Origin: an uncultured Planctomycetales bacterium | Lineage (GTDB): Bacteria > Omnitrophota > Gorgyraeia > Zapsychrales > JBDRMG01 | Assembly (NCBI GenBank): GCA_964478715.1 | Contig: CAYZIY010000001.1 | Location: 73,088 to 137,087, forward strand | Length of the DNA: 64,000 nucleotides | Direction of reading: 5' to 3' | In this document: positions 47,012 to 57,040 of the stretch, piece after piece | Numbering within the stretch: position 1 is the first letter of the stretch | How the letters are laid out: each line of letters starts with the position of its first letter | Notes under the pieces: generated by a model | The model's database searches: none | Told to the model about the DNA's origin: nothing | Seen by the model: only the letters and a program-made list of their open reading frames with translations | Translations under genes and position numbers: made by a program

Positions 47012-48463
47012 ATGAAGGCGCAAACCAATCTGAAGCAAAAATTCGTTCTGGTTTTCTCAAGTTTTGTTTTTCTTCTCTTTACGCTTAAAATTATTTTCCG
47101 CTTAGGCGGATTCGTTCTTCTTTCTAAGCGTGATCATCACTTCCGGCAGAGTCTAAGCCAACAAGGGGTCATCAGAATTCTGTGCCTGGGAGAATCCACC
47201 ACGTATATGGGTGAACAAAACGCCTTTCCTCGTCAGCTGGAAGCCCTTCTGAATCAAAAAAGCAGAAAAACATTTTTCGTCATCAACGGCGGTGTGGCTT
47301 CTATTACCTCCGAGGGCATAGTTGCGGACTTAAAGTCCAATATTCTGCGGTATCGGCCTGATATCGTTATTGTTATGATGGGGATTAACGACGATGAGAA
47401 GACCAAGCCGTTTCGGGATTCTTTCCAAACATACGCGGGGCTTTTTATAAAAAATATTCGCGTGGTGAAGTTTGCTGAGTTGATATGGAAGCATCTTCGT
47501 TATAAATTGATGGAAATAAGAGCGTCTGCTCAATCGGGACAGGAATTATTAAAAAGGACAAAAGGCAATGAATATGAAAACTATTTAAGGATGAAGATTG
47601 TAGACCGCCCCCGGGAATCCTGGGGATACCGTGAGCTTAGAGTTTATTATGAGAAACGGGGACAGCTGCTTCAGGCCGAGAAAATTTACTTTCAGGCCAT
47701 GCTCTCCAATCCTAAAAAAGAATTCGGTTATGATATCTTGCGTCAATTTTTATTGCGTCAAAAACGAGCGACAGAAGCAGAATCTTATTTGAATAAGGCG
47801 ATGCGGCGTAATCCTACGAAATACTGGCCGCATCGCCTTTGGGGACATTACTATACCTCAATCGCCGATTATGAGAAAGCGCAGGAATCTTATCAAAAAG
47901 CCATCGAAATGAGTTTTGACAGATCAACATCTGAGGCCGCTCCTCTCTACAGAGACCTTGCCCTGATGCTTGAGAAAAGAGGCCACTGCAAACAGGCCGG
48001 TGAGATTCTAAAAAAAGCCTGCTCAATTCAGGCTGATATTTTCAGCCAAGATATTTTGAAGCAGTGCTATCCAAATCAGAGTTTATCTGTCAGGCGAAAA
48101 GATTTTAGACAAGATACTTTGGAGTTTCCCGTTAGGAAAATTGAATACAAGCAGGCAACCGTAGATAATTATCGTCTTCTAGCTGAAATTCTTAATGATC
48201 ATTATATTCAACTCATTGCTATGCAGTATCCGATGGTAGAATTGCATGGTTTGAGGGAGGCGCTTAAGGATGTTCCTGTTTTCGCTTTTGCCGGTAATAT
48301 TGATCGTTTTCAGAGATTTTTAAATAAAGATGGGTTTGACGAATATTTCACGGATCGTTTTGGTGGAACATTCGGCCACTGCAGTACTCAGGGAAACAGA
48401 CTTATCGCCGAGAATCTTGTGGAAATAATTTTAGATAGACTCTCACAACAAGGTAACCCATAG
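47012..48463 (+). CDS. Membrane-anchored SGNH/GDSL-like hydrolase with inserted TPR repeats
   Basis: TM anchor; CLGESTT (block I), NGG (II), MMGIND (III); TPR-like helices; C-terminal D..GTFGHC..GNRLIAE (V). Confidence 0.8.
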   Translation: MKAQTNLKQKFVLVFSSFVFLLFTLKIIFRLGGFVLLSKRDHHFRQSLSQQGVIRILCLGESTTYMGEQNAFPRQLEALLNQKSRKTFFVINGGVASITSEGIVADLKSNILRYRPDIVIVMMGINDDEKTKPFRDSFQTYAGLFIKNIRVVKFAELIWKHLRYKLMEIRASAQSGQELLKRTKGNEYENYLRMKIVDRPRESWGYRELRVYYEKRGQLLQAEKIYFQAMLSNPKKEFGYDILRQFLLRQKRATEAESYLNKAMRRNPTKYWPHRLWGHYYTSIADYEKAQESYQKAIEMSFDRSTSEAAPLYRDLALMLEKRGHCKQAGEILKKACSIQADIFSQDILKQCYPNQSLSVRRKDFRQDTLEFPVRKIEYKQATVDNYRLLAEILNDHYIQLIAMQYPMVELHGLREALKDVPVFAFAGNIDRFQRFLNKDGFDEYFTDRFGGTFGHCSTQGNRLIAENLVEIILDRLSQQGNP

Positions 48464-48542
48464 AGTTTTCAATTGTATTGTCCTCTGATTTATATTAAAC
48501 TGAAGATGAAATCGATGACAAATAAGCTCATTTTTATTTCTT

Positions 48543-49034
48543 ATGTCGACGAATAAGCCACAATATAATTTTTTATTAGTTATTCTATCTGTCGTTTTGT
48601 TTTATATGACTTGGTCTCCCCTTTTCGCTTTTAGTGACAACGATGATCATGAGGATCCTTTGATAATCCGTCTGAAGAAAAAATCCAAATACAAAGATCA
48701 CCGATGGCACCGAAATAGCATGTTTGAAGACTGGAAAAAAGACCGTAAGGGCCAAGACGAATGGAACCGGATTCGCGGCGATAAAAACGATTCCTATGAA
48801 CAAGAACGCGCTAAGCGTCAGGCTCATTGGCGGGACAAAAAGAAGAAATCCGAAAAGCAGGGGAAAGAAGATAAGAGAAAGGGACGCCTGGACTGGCGAG
48901 ACACCAAGGTTCGCAGCAAAGATGAATGGTTATTTAAGCGCAAGATTACCAAAGAAGATTGGAAGAAAAAGAAACATAATAAAAAATACGAAAAGGAAGA
49001 TCGTCATTGGGAATATCGCGATCCCAGCGACTGA
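48543..49034 (+). CDS. Exported highly charged Trp-periodic protein
   Basis: Signal peptide, then K/D/R/E-rich sequence with regularly spaced Trp. Confidence 0.65.
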   Translation: MSTNKPQYNFLLVILSVVLFYMTWSPLFAFSDNDDHEDPLIIRLKKKSKYKDHRWHRNSMFEDWKKDRKGQDEWNRIRGDKNDSYEQERAKRQAHWRDKKKKSEKQGKEDKRKGRLDWRDTKVRSKDEWLFKRKITKEDWKKKKHNKKYEKEDRHWEYRDPSD

Positions 49035-49046
49035 GGTGATGATTCG

Positions 49047-49658
49047 ATGCAGGAATTGATGAATTCAATCGGTGTTCTTATGGGAGGATCGTGGGCAGCA
49101 GGTGTCAATCTGTATTTAACCACGGCTGGATTGGGATTTGCCCATCGAATGGGCTGGGTCCAGCTTCCCGGTAACTTGGAATACCTTCAGCATCCGCTGG
49201 TCATTGGAACCGCGGTTTTACTTTACGGGGTCGAATTTTTCGCCGATAAGATTCCCTGGGTGGACACGACATGGGATAGTATCCATACTTTTATCCGGCC
49301 CGCAGGCGGAGCGGCTTTAGGATATATGGCCATGGCAGATGTTGGTTCAGCTGTTCAGGTTCCCGTGGCTTTGTTGACCGGTTCGATTGCGCTCGATTCT
49401 CATCTAACCAAGGCTACAACCCGGGCGGCGATCAATACCTCCCCCGAGCCGGTTACCAATTCCGTGGCTTCCGTCACTGAGGATATTTCAGTTGCTGGCA
49501 TCATTTATCTGATTATCCAGCATCCAATAATCGCGGCCATTTGCGTGATTGCTTTCATTCTTTTTTCTGTTTGGTTTTTAAAGAAAATGTGGAGATTTCT
49601 TAAAAAAATTTTCTCAGGAAAAAATGCGCAAGAGAATCCCAAAACGCAGGCTGTTTAA
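49047..49658 (+). CDS. DUF4126 membrane protein
   Basis: WAAGVNLY, EFFADKIPWVD..WD..HTFIRP and SPEP..N..AS..ED motifs. Confidence 0.9.
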   Translation: MQELMNSIGVLMGGSWAAGVNLYLTTAGLGFAHRMGWVQLPGNLEYLQHPLVIGTAVLLYGVEFFADKIPWVDTTWDSIHTFIRPAGGAALGYMAMADVGSAVQVPVALLTGSIALDSHLTKATTRAAINTSPEPVTNSVASVTEDISVAGIIYLIIQHPIIAAICVIAFILFSVWFLKKMWRFLKKIFSGKNAQENPKTQAV

Positions 49659-49687
49659 ATTTTCATCATTTAATCAAGGAATGAAAA

Positions 49688-50059
49688 ATGCACAAAATTC
49701 TCATTATTGAAGATAATATGGAAGTGGCCAAATTGCTGAACGACCGCTTTATCGCTGAGGGTTTTGAAACAGCCGTTTGCTATGATGCCTATCAGGGGGT
49801 CGAATTTTCTCATAAAACAAAGCCTGACGTGATTCTTCTGGATTTAATGATTCCCGCCGGCGGGGGATTAAATGTGTTAAGGAATTTACGAATGTCGGGA
49901 TTCACGAAGTTTACGCCGATTGTTGTCTTGACCGGTTCGCGCAATCCGCAGGATCAGGAAAAAGCCAAAGAACTGGGAGCTAATGCGTATCTGGGAAAAC
50001 CTTTTGATTCCGGTGAATTGGTCGGGATCGTTCGCAGTTTTCTAAAGGGAGAGGCGTGA
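49688..50059 (+). CDS. Stand-alone response regulator
   Basis: ILIIED, LDLMIP, VLTG and KPF motifs. Confidence 0.9.
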   Translation: MHKILIIEDNMEVAKLLNDRFIAEGFETAVCYDAYQGVEFSHKTKPDVILLDLMIPAGGGLNVLRNLRMSGFTKFTPIVVLTGSRNPQDQEKAKELGANAYLGKPFDSGELVGIVRSFLKGEA

Positions 50060-50433
50060 ATCTTTTCATTCTCATTGTCGATGACGAACCGCAGGATGCC
50101 TGGGCCATCACCCGGACTCTGCAAAAAGCGGGATACGAGCAGATTGCATGCGTGGATAGCCCTCGAGAGACCTTGGAAATTCTTAAAGATAAGCATCCCG
50201 ATCTGATCCTGATTGATGTGGTTCTCAAAGGAGATGATGGTTTTGATCTATGCAAAGAGCTCCGGGAAAAGAACCATTATCAGGGTCTGATTATTATGAT
50301 CACAGGACATCTTGACGCCATCATTGCTGACAAAGCCCGCCTATCCGGTGCCGATGAAATCATTGAAAAAATTCCGGAATTTACCAATATCCAACCCGCC
50401 ATTACCCGCCTTTTAAGCCAAAAGGAAAACTAA
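50056..50433 (+). CDS. Stand-alone response regulator
   Basis: ILIVDD, IDVVL, MITG and EK motifs; GTGA overlap with the upstream stop. Confidence 0.88.
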   Translation: MNLFILIVDDEPQDAWAITRTLQKAGYEQIACVDSPRETLEILKDKHPDLILIDVVLKGDDGFDLCKELREKNHYQGLIIMITGHLDAIIADKARLSGADEIIEKIPEFTNIQPAITRLLSQKEN

Positions 50434-50460
50434 GTTCTTTTTTAATTCCCGGATATCTCT

Positions 50461-50489
50461 TTGTATTCGCATTTCAGGCTTGATATAAT
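50461..50489 (+). promoter_or_regulatory. sigma70 promoter for the kinase/GT-C/spe operon
   Basis: TTGTAT, 17-nt spacer, TATAAT. Confidence 0.65.
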
Positions 50490-50521
50490 ATTTGCACGTA
50501 AATCCTTTTGAAATAAACGCC

Positions 50522-52453
50522 ATGTTTGAAGAACTGAAACTAAAAAATCTGCGCTTAAGAGTCAAGCTGGTCTTGCTTCTTTTATTGATTTCCGTCATTC
50601 CTCTTTTAGCTATCAGCATATCCAATTATTTTTATGCTAAATCGGAATTGGAGAAAACCACGATTGAAAATCTCCGCGCGGTTAACAATTCCCGAGCGGC
50701 TTATATCAATCATTCCATCCAGCTGCGGCAGGAGCAGGCTAAGGCTTTTGCCGGTGCCTATCTTCCCCGCCAGCTGAGTGAATCCGGCTATAATGATCCG
50801 GCTTTGATCAAAGGCATCCAGGAAGACATTGAATCAACGTTTCGCGATTTGAATCAAGAGCCTACCAGTCCTTATCAGGACATCGACAAAAAGACGGATA
50901 TTGCTATCATCAGCATTTGGGATGTCCTGGGGAATATCGTCGCTTCGACCAATAAAGAATTGATCAACAGAAAAATGCCTATCGATTTTCTTCAAAAGGT
51001 TTTTGATCGCAAGGGAACCTACTTTGCTGGATTTCAGAAGGATCCGCTCACCGGTAAGAATTTGCTGATTATTTTGGAAGAGATCAGAAACTGGAAAACA
51101 AACCGCCTGGTGGGTGTCGTGTCTCTTAAGGTCAGTACCAAAACGCTTAATGAAATCACGACCGAAAGGGAGGGTTTAGGTTACAGCGGAGAGACTTACC
51201 TCGTTGATAGAAATTATTTGATGATCACGCCTTCGCGTTTTGTCGACGATTCCATCCTCAATAGGCGCGTGATTACACTCGGAACGCAGGCTTGCCTTAA
51301 AAGCAATAGCTATGCGGGTATTTATAAAAATTATCTCAATAAGGATGTTCTGGGTGTTCAGAAATATCTGCCTGATCAAAAATGGTGCCTTATTTCCGAG
51401 GTTGATGCCGGGGAAGCCTTAAGGCCTGTCCAGGAATTGCGCACACGCACGCTTGTCCTTGGCGGTTTGCTGATTTTTGTTATTTTAATCTTTGCTTATC
51501 TGGCCAGTCATACTTTAATCAAACCGATTCTGAAACTGCACGAGGCTTCTCAGAAAATCAAGAGGGGGCAGTTTGATATTACCGTTCAAGCTGAGGGTCG
51601 CGATGAAATTGCCGACTTATCGCGGGCTTTCAACGAAATGGCCAAGAGTCTTAAATTAGCCAATCAAGAACTCGAAGAAAAATCAAAGATCCTGTTCCAG
51701 AATCTGGCGGTTTCAACCAGCCAGAAAAAGGAATTAAAGAAAGTCAATCAGGAGTTGGATAGTTTTGTCTATACGGCGAGTCATGATTTGCGCGCACCCT
51801 TGCGGGCCATTGCCTCTTTTGCCACATTTTTGGAGGAGGATTATAAAGGCAAGCTGGGCACCGAGGGTCAGGAATATATCGATGAGATCCGAAAGGGCGC
51901 TACAAAGATGAATGCTTTTATCGAGGATCTTTTGACGCTTTCAAGAATCAGTCGGATTAAAAATCCTTATGAAGATGTCGATATCCGCATGGTTTTGGAA
52001 ACAGCGATTGAGCGGTTAAAGTTTGAGATAAAAGAAAAACAGGTCAATCTTGTTGCGGTCCAGCATTTGCCGGTCATGCATTGCGATCGCATCAAAATAA
52101 CCGAAGTCTTTTATAATCTGATCAACAATGCGATCAAATTTTCTTCTAAAAATAATAAAGAGAATCCCCGTGTGAAAATCGGATATGCTAAAATCGGAGA
52201 CTTGCATCAATTTTTTGTCAAAGATAACGGAATCGGTATCGACCCAAAATACCATGAGCAGATTTTCGGGATTTTTAAACGTCTGCATTCGGATAAAGAA
52301 TATGAAGGAACCGGTGCCGGTTTAAGCATTATCAAGAAAGTTATCGATGATCATCAGGGGAAAATCTGGGTCGAATCAGAGCTTGGAAAGGGAGCTGCGT
52401 TTTACTTTACGATTCCAGACAATCTCAGAGAAGATATAAGAAAACAGGAATAA
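50522..52453 (+). CDS. Cache-HAMP sensor histidine kinase (Cph1-like transmitter)
   Basis: TM-periplasmic-TM, GETYLVD, HAMP (DEIADLSRAFNEM), SHDLRAPLR, IFKRLH and GTGAGL motifs. Confidence 0.92.
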   Translation: MFEELKLKNLRLRVKLVLLLLLISVIPLLAISISNYFYAKSELEKTTIENLRAVNNSRAAYINHSIQLRQEQAKAFAGAYLPRQLSESGYNDPALIKGIQEDIESTFRDLNQEPTSPYQDIDKKTDIAIISIWDVLGNIVASTNKELINRKMPIDFLQKVFDRKGTYFAGFQKDPLTGKNLLIILEEIRNWKTNRLVGVVSLKVSTKTLNEITTEREGLGYSGETYLVDRNYLMITPSRFVDDSILNRRVITLGTQACLKSNSYAGIYKNYLNKDVLGVQKYLPDQKWCLISEVDAGEALRPVQELRTRTLVLGGLLIFVILIFAYLASHTLIKPILKLHEASQKIKRGQFDITVQAEGRDEIADLSRAFNEMAKSLKLANQELEEKSKILFQNLAVSTSQKKELKKVNQELDSFVYTASHDLRAPLRAIASFATFLEEDYKGKLGTEGQEYIDEIRKGATKMNAFIEDLLTLSRISRIKNPYEDVDIRMVLETAIERLKFEIKEKQVNLVAVQHLPVMHCDRIKITEVFYNLINNAIKFSSKNNKENPRVKIGYAKIGDLHQFFVKDNGIGIDPKYHEQIFGIFKRLHSDKEYEGTGAGLSIIKKVIDDHQGKIWVESELGKGAAFYFTIPDNLREDIRKQE

Positions 52454-52468
52454 AGGCGGATATAAATT

Positions 52469-52942
52469 ATGGAACAAAAAGAGAATCAACAACGCAAGAC
52501 GCGGGAGCTGAATATTTTACTGGTTGATGACAGCGAAGCCGACATCAAAATTGCTCAGCGGGCATTTGGTCAGGCCAAAATCAAAAACCGACTCTTCGTT
52601 GTCCAAAGCGCCCAGGAATGTTTCGATTTCATCTTTCATGACGGCTCCTATCGGGATTGCGGAAAGTATCTGTCTCCGGATTTAATCCTTCTGGATATCA
52701 GCATGCCTCAAATCGACGGGTTTGCTGTCTTAAAAAATCTCAAGCAAGAGGACGCGACAAAAGATATTCCCGTTATTATATTGACTGGGTCTAAAAACCA
52801 GGAAGATATTGGTAAAAGTTATCATATGCAGGCGGCTTCTTTCATTCAAAAACCGGTCACTTATGAACGATTTGTTGAGTTTATCGATGTGTTTAATGTT
52901 TACTGGAATATTGTTTGCAAATTGCCGCAAGCCAGCAAGTAG
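52469..52942 (+). CDS. Rcp1-like response regulator
   Basis: ILLVDDSEAD, PDLILLDISMP, PVIILTGS...DI..SY, KPV and YW motifs. Confidence 0.92.
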   Translation: MEQKENQQRKTRELNILLVDDSEADIKIAQRAFGQAKIKNRLFVVQSAQECFDFIFHDGSYRDCGKYLSPDLILLDISMPQIDGFAVLKNLKQEDATKDIPVIILTGSKNQEDIGKSYHMQAASFIQKPVTYERFVEFIDVFNVYWNIVCKLPQASK

Positions 52943-52955
52943 GAGGTTTTAAGGC

Positions 52956-54110
52956 GTGTCACAGAAGATATTGATCATCGAAGACAATGAACAAGATCAG
53001 AAAATCATCAGCCGGTTTCTTAAGAAATCCGATTATGAGGTCTGCGCTGTGGTTGACAGCGGTGAAAAAGGAATCGCAAGCGCCAAAGAATGCGCGCCTG
53101 ATATCATCATCCTGGATACCGTGTTGCCGGGAATGAACGGGTTCGAGACCTGCCGGATGCTCAAAACCACCGAGAAGGTGAAGACCAAAATTATTATCGC
53201 CACCGGCCGGCTGGATGCCGTCGATGCTCAGAAAGCCAAACAGGCCGGTGCCGATGATTATTGCGTGAAGACATCTGACTGCGCCTTGATTCTGGAAGCG
53301 ATCAGGAAGGTGTCCAGAGATCAAAAGGAAGATACCTGGGGTCTTCAAAAGAGCATGGAATGCGTCAAAATACTTTACCAGGAACTTGAGAAAAAGAATG
53401 CGGAACTGAAAAAGCTCAACACCTTACAGGCCGAATTTGTTTCTACGGCTTCTCACGAATTGCGCACGCCGTTAACGATCATTAAGGAAGCAATCAGCCA
53501 GGTCAACGAAGGACTCTTCGGCGAGGTCAATATCCAGCAAGCAGAGAAATTAGTCATGGCCATTGAGGGCGTTGATCGTCTCCGGCGCATGATTGACGAC
53601 CTCCTTGAGACCGCAAAATTGGAAGCCAAGAAAATCATACTCCATAAGAAAAAAATTGATCTGATCGAATTAGCTAGAGAAACCCAAACGCTTTTCTATC
53701 TGATGGCTCAGGAAAAAGAATTGAGCATTGATTGCCATCTGGCCTGCGATCAGCTGATCGTCGAAGCTGATCGGGACAGGATTCTTCAGGTCCTCATCAA
53801 TCTCGTCGGCAATGCGCTGAAATTTACCGAACAAGGACGGATCCTGATCACAGTCAAAGACTGTGATCCAAAGGCGGAATTCAGCGTTACCGATACGGGT
53901 TGCGGTATCGGCCGTGCTGATTTGGATAAAGTATTTTCCAAATTTGAGCAGTTTGGAAAATCCAACCTGACCCAGAAGGGAACCGGTTTGGGTCTGGCTA
54001 TCTCGAAAGATATTGTGGAATTGCACGGAGGTGCCATTTCTGTCGAAAGCGTTCCGGGCAAAGGTTCAACTTTTACCGTATGTCTTCCTAAAAAAGACGC
54101 AGGTCAATGA
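52956..54110 (+). CDS. Hybrid receiver-histidine kinase
   Basis: N-terminal receiver, then SHELRTPL, NLVGNALKFT, DTGCGI and GTGLGL motifs. Confidence 0.92.
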   Translation: MSQKILIIEDNEQDQKIISRFLKKSDYEVCAVVDSGEKGIASAKECAPDIIILDTVLPGMNGFETCRMLKTTEKVKTKIIIATGRLDAVDAQKAKQAGADDYCVKTSDCALILEAIRKVSRDQKEDTWGLQKSMECVKILYQELEKKNAELKKLNTLQAEFVSTASHELRTPLTIIKEAISQVNEGLFGEVNIQQAEKLVMAIEGVDRLRRMIDDLLETAKLEAKKIILHKKKIDLIELARETQTLFYLMAQEKELSIDCHLACDQLIVEADRDRILQVLINLVGNALKFTEQGRILITVKDCDPKAEFSVTDTGCGIGRADLDKVFSKFEQFGKSNLTQKGTGLGLAISKDIVELHGGAISVESVPGKGSTFTVCLPKKDAGQ

Positions 54111-54123
54111 GAGCAATACTATT

Positions 54124-54516
54124 ATGACTAAGAAAATCCTGATTGTCGATGATGAAAAAGATATCGCTCAGTTGATTGCCTTTCGATTGCAGGCTCATCG
54201 ATATAAAACCATTCTGGCTCATGACGGTGTCGATGGTCTGGCCAAAGCGAAAGAAGAAAATCCCGATCTTGTCATTCTGGATGTGATGATGCCCCGGCTC
54301 AATGGTTTTGAAGTCTGCCGCCTTCTCAAATTCGATGCGAAATATAAGAATATCCCTGTCATCTTTTTAACCAGCAAGAAAGAAGATGTGGATAAGGCGA
54401 TCAGCCAGGAGGTGGGCGCTGATGCCTATGTGACCAAACCTTTTGAGTCTAATGAGCTGATTGAGACTATTGGGAAAATCCTTCAATCCAAAGACACCTC
54501 TATTCCCGACGCATGA
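54124..54516 (+). CDS. Stand-alone response regulator
   Basis: ILIVDDE, LDVMMP, FLTSK and TKPF motifs. Confidence 0.92.
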   Translation: MTKKILIVDDEKDIAQLIAFRLQAHRYKTILAHDGVDGLAKAKEENPDLVILDVMMPRLNGFEVCRLLKFDAKYKNIPVIFLTSKKEDVDKAISQEVGADAYVTKPFESNELIETIGKILQSKDTSIPDA

Positions 54517-55988
54517 TACAGGCCGGTAAAAAACTTTTCACTCAAGGAAACACGATTCTTTTTTTGATCCTTGCCTGTTCCTTTCTGTTGAACAATTTCA
54601 ATAATAATTTTTCTTTTGGATATCATTTTGATGAACCAAAAAAAATCAAGTTTATTGAACAAAAAGGGCATGATTTTCAGCATCCCTTGTTAATGACCAA
54701 GACCGTGGAGTGGGCCAACAGGGTTTTTGGTTTTGACACCAAGCAAGAAATTGTGCGATTAGGGCGGTTTTTTTCCGCCTTCTGGTTGACATTGATGATC
54801 TTGTTTCTTTATTATCTTCTGCGGTGTTTCCTCGGACAGTTTGAAACCCTGACTGTTTGTGCGCTTACGGCCGTCTCGCCGATCATTGTGGTGCATGCCC
54901 ATTATTTTAAGGAAGATGCGGCTCTGGTTTGTTTTTTGATGGCCGGTCTTTTGGGCCTGTTTCACTACAGCGAAAAAGCGACATCAAAGACGGCGCTATT
55001 GCTCGGTTTGGCCACCGGCTGCGCCGTTTCGTCCAAATATATCGGATTTCTCATTATTCCCCTTTATTTACTGACGCCTATGATCGCTCCGGTCCAAGAC
55101 CGGGCAAGATATTACCGGTTTCTTGCGCTTTCACTCGGTGTTGCCGGTTGTGTTTTCGCGGCCCTTAACTATTCCATGATCTGCAATTCAGAGATGGTCA
55201 AAGGTGCTGCCGGCTATACAGTTCGTCAGATCATAGAAGGTAATGCAGTAAGAATTTATCCCTGGCATTTCTTTTTGACTTTTCATCTGCGTTACAGTCT
55301 TTGGCCGGGATTAACCGGCTTGGTGTGCACCTTGTTTCTTATTGGATTTTTGCAGAGCATCTCTCAGTGGAAGAAAATCTGCTGGCAGGAAAGGATCTTG
55401 CTAAGTTACATCATTATCTTTTATCTGATTCCTGAGAATGCTCCGCTTAAAGCTTTTCCCGATTTTATGCGTTATATGTTACCCATTGTTCCGCTCTGTA
55501 TTTATTTTGCTTTTAAGGGAGCTCAAGAAATCAGCGGGATATTCAAACCCAAGAGCCGGAAAATAATTCACAAGGTCCTTATCGGTTTGATGATTTTGAT
55601 TTCACTGACCCACACAGTTTTGCTTGTTTATCATCTGGATCAAGACACACGCGAAAAAGCTAAGGCATGGTTGATGCAAGCACCGGAAAAATCGATGTGC
55701 GAACGTTATGTTTTTACCTATGATCTGATTAAATCATTAGCCCAATACGATGTTTCCCAGTGGCAACAAATGGGATTTCGCTATCTGGTGGCCAGCTCTT
55801 TTCAGTATGAACGTTACCTGTTGGCCGGACAGCTTTCAGGCCAGGAGGAAGAAGTTTATCGGTATGAAAAAAGATATCGCGAATTATTTTCCTATCCTTA
55901 TGAAGAAATCAAGCCGGCCTTCAAAAGTTTTGCCTTTAGCAATCCCGCTATTCGGATCATTGATCTAAAAGGAGAGAGCGCTCCGTGA
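54513..55988 (+). CDS. GT-C (PMT_2/ArnT-like) membrane glycosyltransferase
   Basis: HFDEP after TM1; HAHYFKED, GLA...SSKY and RYMLP motifs; multi-TM. Confidence 0.8.
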   Translation: MIQAGKKLFTQGNTILFLILACSFLLNNFNNNFSFGYHFDEPKKIKFIEQKGHDFQHPLLMTKTVEWANRVFGFDTKQEIVRLGRFFSAFWLTLMILFLYYLLRCFLGQFETLTVCALTAVSPIIVVHAHYFKEDAALVCFLMAGLLGLFHYSEKATSKTALLLGLATGCAVSSKYIGFLIIPLYLLTPMIAPVQDRARYYRFLALSLGVAGCVFAALNYSMICNSEMVKGAAGYTVRQIIEGNAVRIYPWHFFLTFHLRYSLWPGLTGLVCTLFLIGFLQSISQWKKICWQERILLSYIIIFYLIPENAPLKAFPDFMRYMLPIVPLCIYFAFKGAQEISGIFKPKSRKIIHKVLIGLMILISLTHTVLLVYHLDQDTREKAKAWLMQAPEKSMCERYVFTYDLIKSLAQYDVSQWQQMGFRYLVASSFQYERYLLAGQLSGQEEEVYRYEKRYRELFSYPYEEIKPAFKSFAFSNPAIRIIDLKGESAP

Positions 55989-57040
55989 GACCCCCCGTGC
56001 GTTATGAGAGCCTTGATTTTCTTAAAGCCCTGGGAATTATTTATTTGATTGTTTTGCATCATCTGATTTGGGTGCTTCTTCTGGGCGATTACGGAACATT
56101 GAGATACGAGCAAGGCCGATCTTTGGGGATGGCTTTTGGGGTGCATAGCGGTCTGCACGTATTGGGCTTTCAGCTTCCTCTTTTGGCCGGGATGACATTC
56201 TTTATGATGCTTAAAACAAAAGACCTTGGATTTAAGGAGATAGCCTTAAGAGCGCTGATATTGTGTTTATTGGGTTTTATGATGAATTTATTTACCTGGG
56301 GTCCGCGGCATGCCTTTGATTGGGATGTTCTTCCCTTTATCGCTCTGTCTATGCTCATCGCTTATCCATTTTTGAGATTTTTCCCCACCGGCCTGGCTAC
56401 GTCGATTTTGATTCTGATTGGCATGATCGCTCTTCGATTTTCTTCTGCCTTTCCTTTTGGATTTCAGGACTATTATCTATATTATGTGATATTCGGAGAT
56501 CCTGCCGGCGGGCATTTCTGGCCATTGTGCCCGTGGTTTATCCTCTTTGCTTTAGGAATTTTCACGGGCGATGTCTTCTGCTCTCAATCGAGGAAGATGA
56601 TGATTTTTTTGATTATTATTGGGGCGGTTTTATTGATCACTTCGATGACAAAAGGTGATTTCTTTCCGGCCAGTCGGGAAAATCAGGTTTGGGGGCCGGC
56701 CTTGTTTAAGCCTTCGCCGTATTTTGTCTTAGGGATTATGGGATTTAGCTTATCGGTTTTACCTTTAACTCATCTGATATTTGAGAAATGGAAAAGCGCG
56801 AGAGATTTCTTGAAACGCTCGGGTTTTCTGTATTTCAGTTATGGGATTTTATGGATCTATTTGATCTCAACCGTTGTGGGCTATCACCTGACCGTGCTAG
56901 TTTTAAATAGATTAAGTCTTGATTATGCCGGAGCCCTTGTGGCCTTGACAATGTTGATTCTGTTTCAGTTGGTTGTGGCATTTTTCATCGGCAAGACTAT
57001 TTTTGAAATAAAGAAAAACAATAAGGAGAGACTGTCTTGA
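55985..57040 (+). CDS. Multi-TM acyltransferase-like protein (DUF1624/HGSNAT-like)
   Basis: RYESLDFLKALGII...H N-terminal signature, WDVL..I and WPLCPW motifs; about 10 TM helices. Confidence 0.7.
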   Translation: MRPPVRYESLDFLKALGIIYLIVLHHLIWVLLLGDYGTLRYEQGRSLGMAFGVHSGLHVLGFQLPLLAGMTFFMMLKTKDLGFKEIALRALILCLLGFMMNLFTWGPRHAFDWDVLPFIALSMLIAYPFLRFFPTGLATSILILIGMIALRFSSAFPFGFQDYYLYYVIFGDPAGGHFWPLCPWFILFALGIFTGDVFCSQSRKMMIFLIIIGAVLLITSMTKGDFFPASRENQVWGPALFKPSPYFVLGIMGFSLSVLPLTHLIFEKWKSARDFLKRSGFLYFSYGILWIYLISTVVGYHLTVLVLNRLSLDYAGALVALTMLILFQLVVAFFIGKTIFEIKKNNKERLS

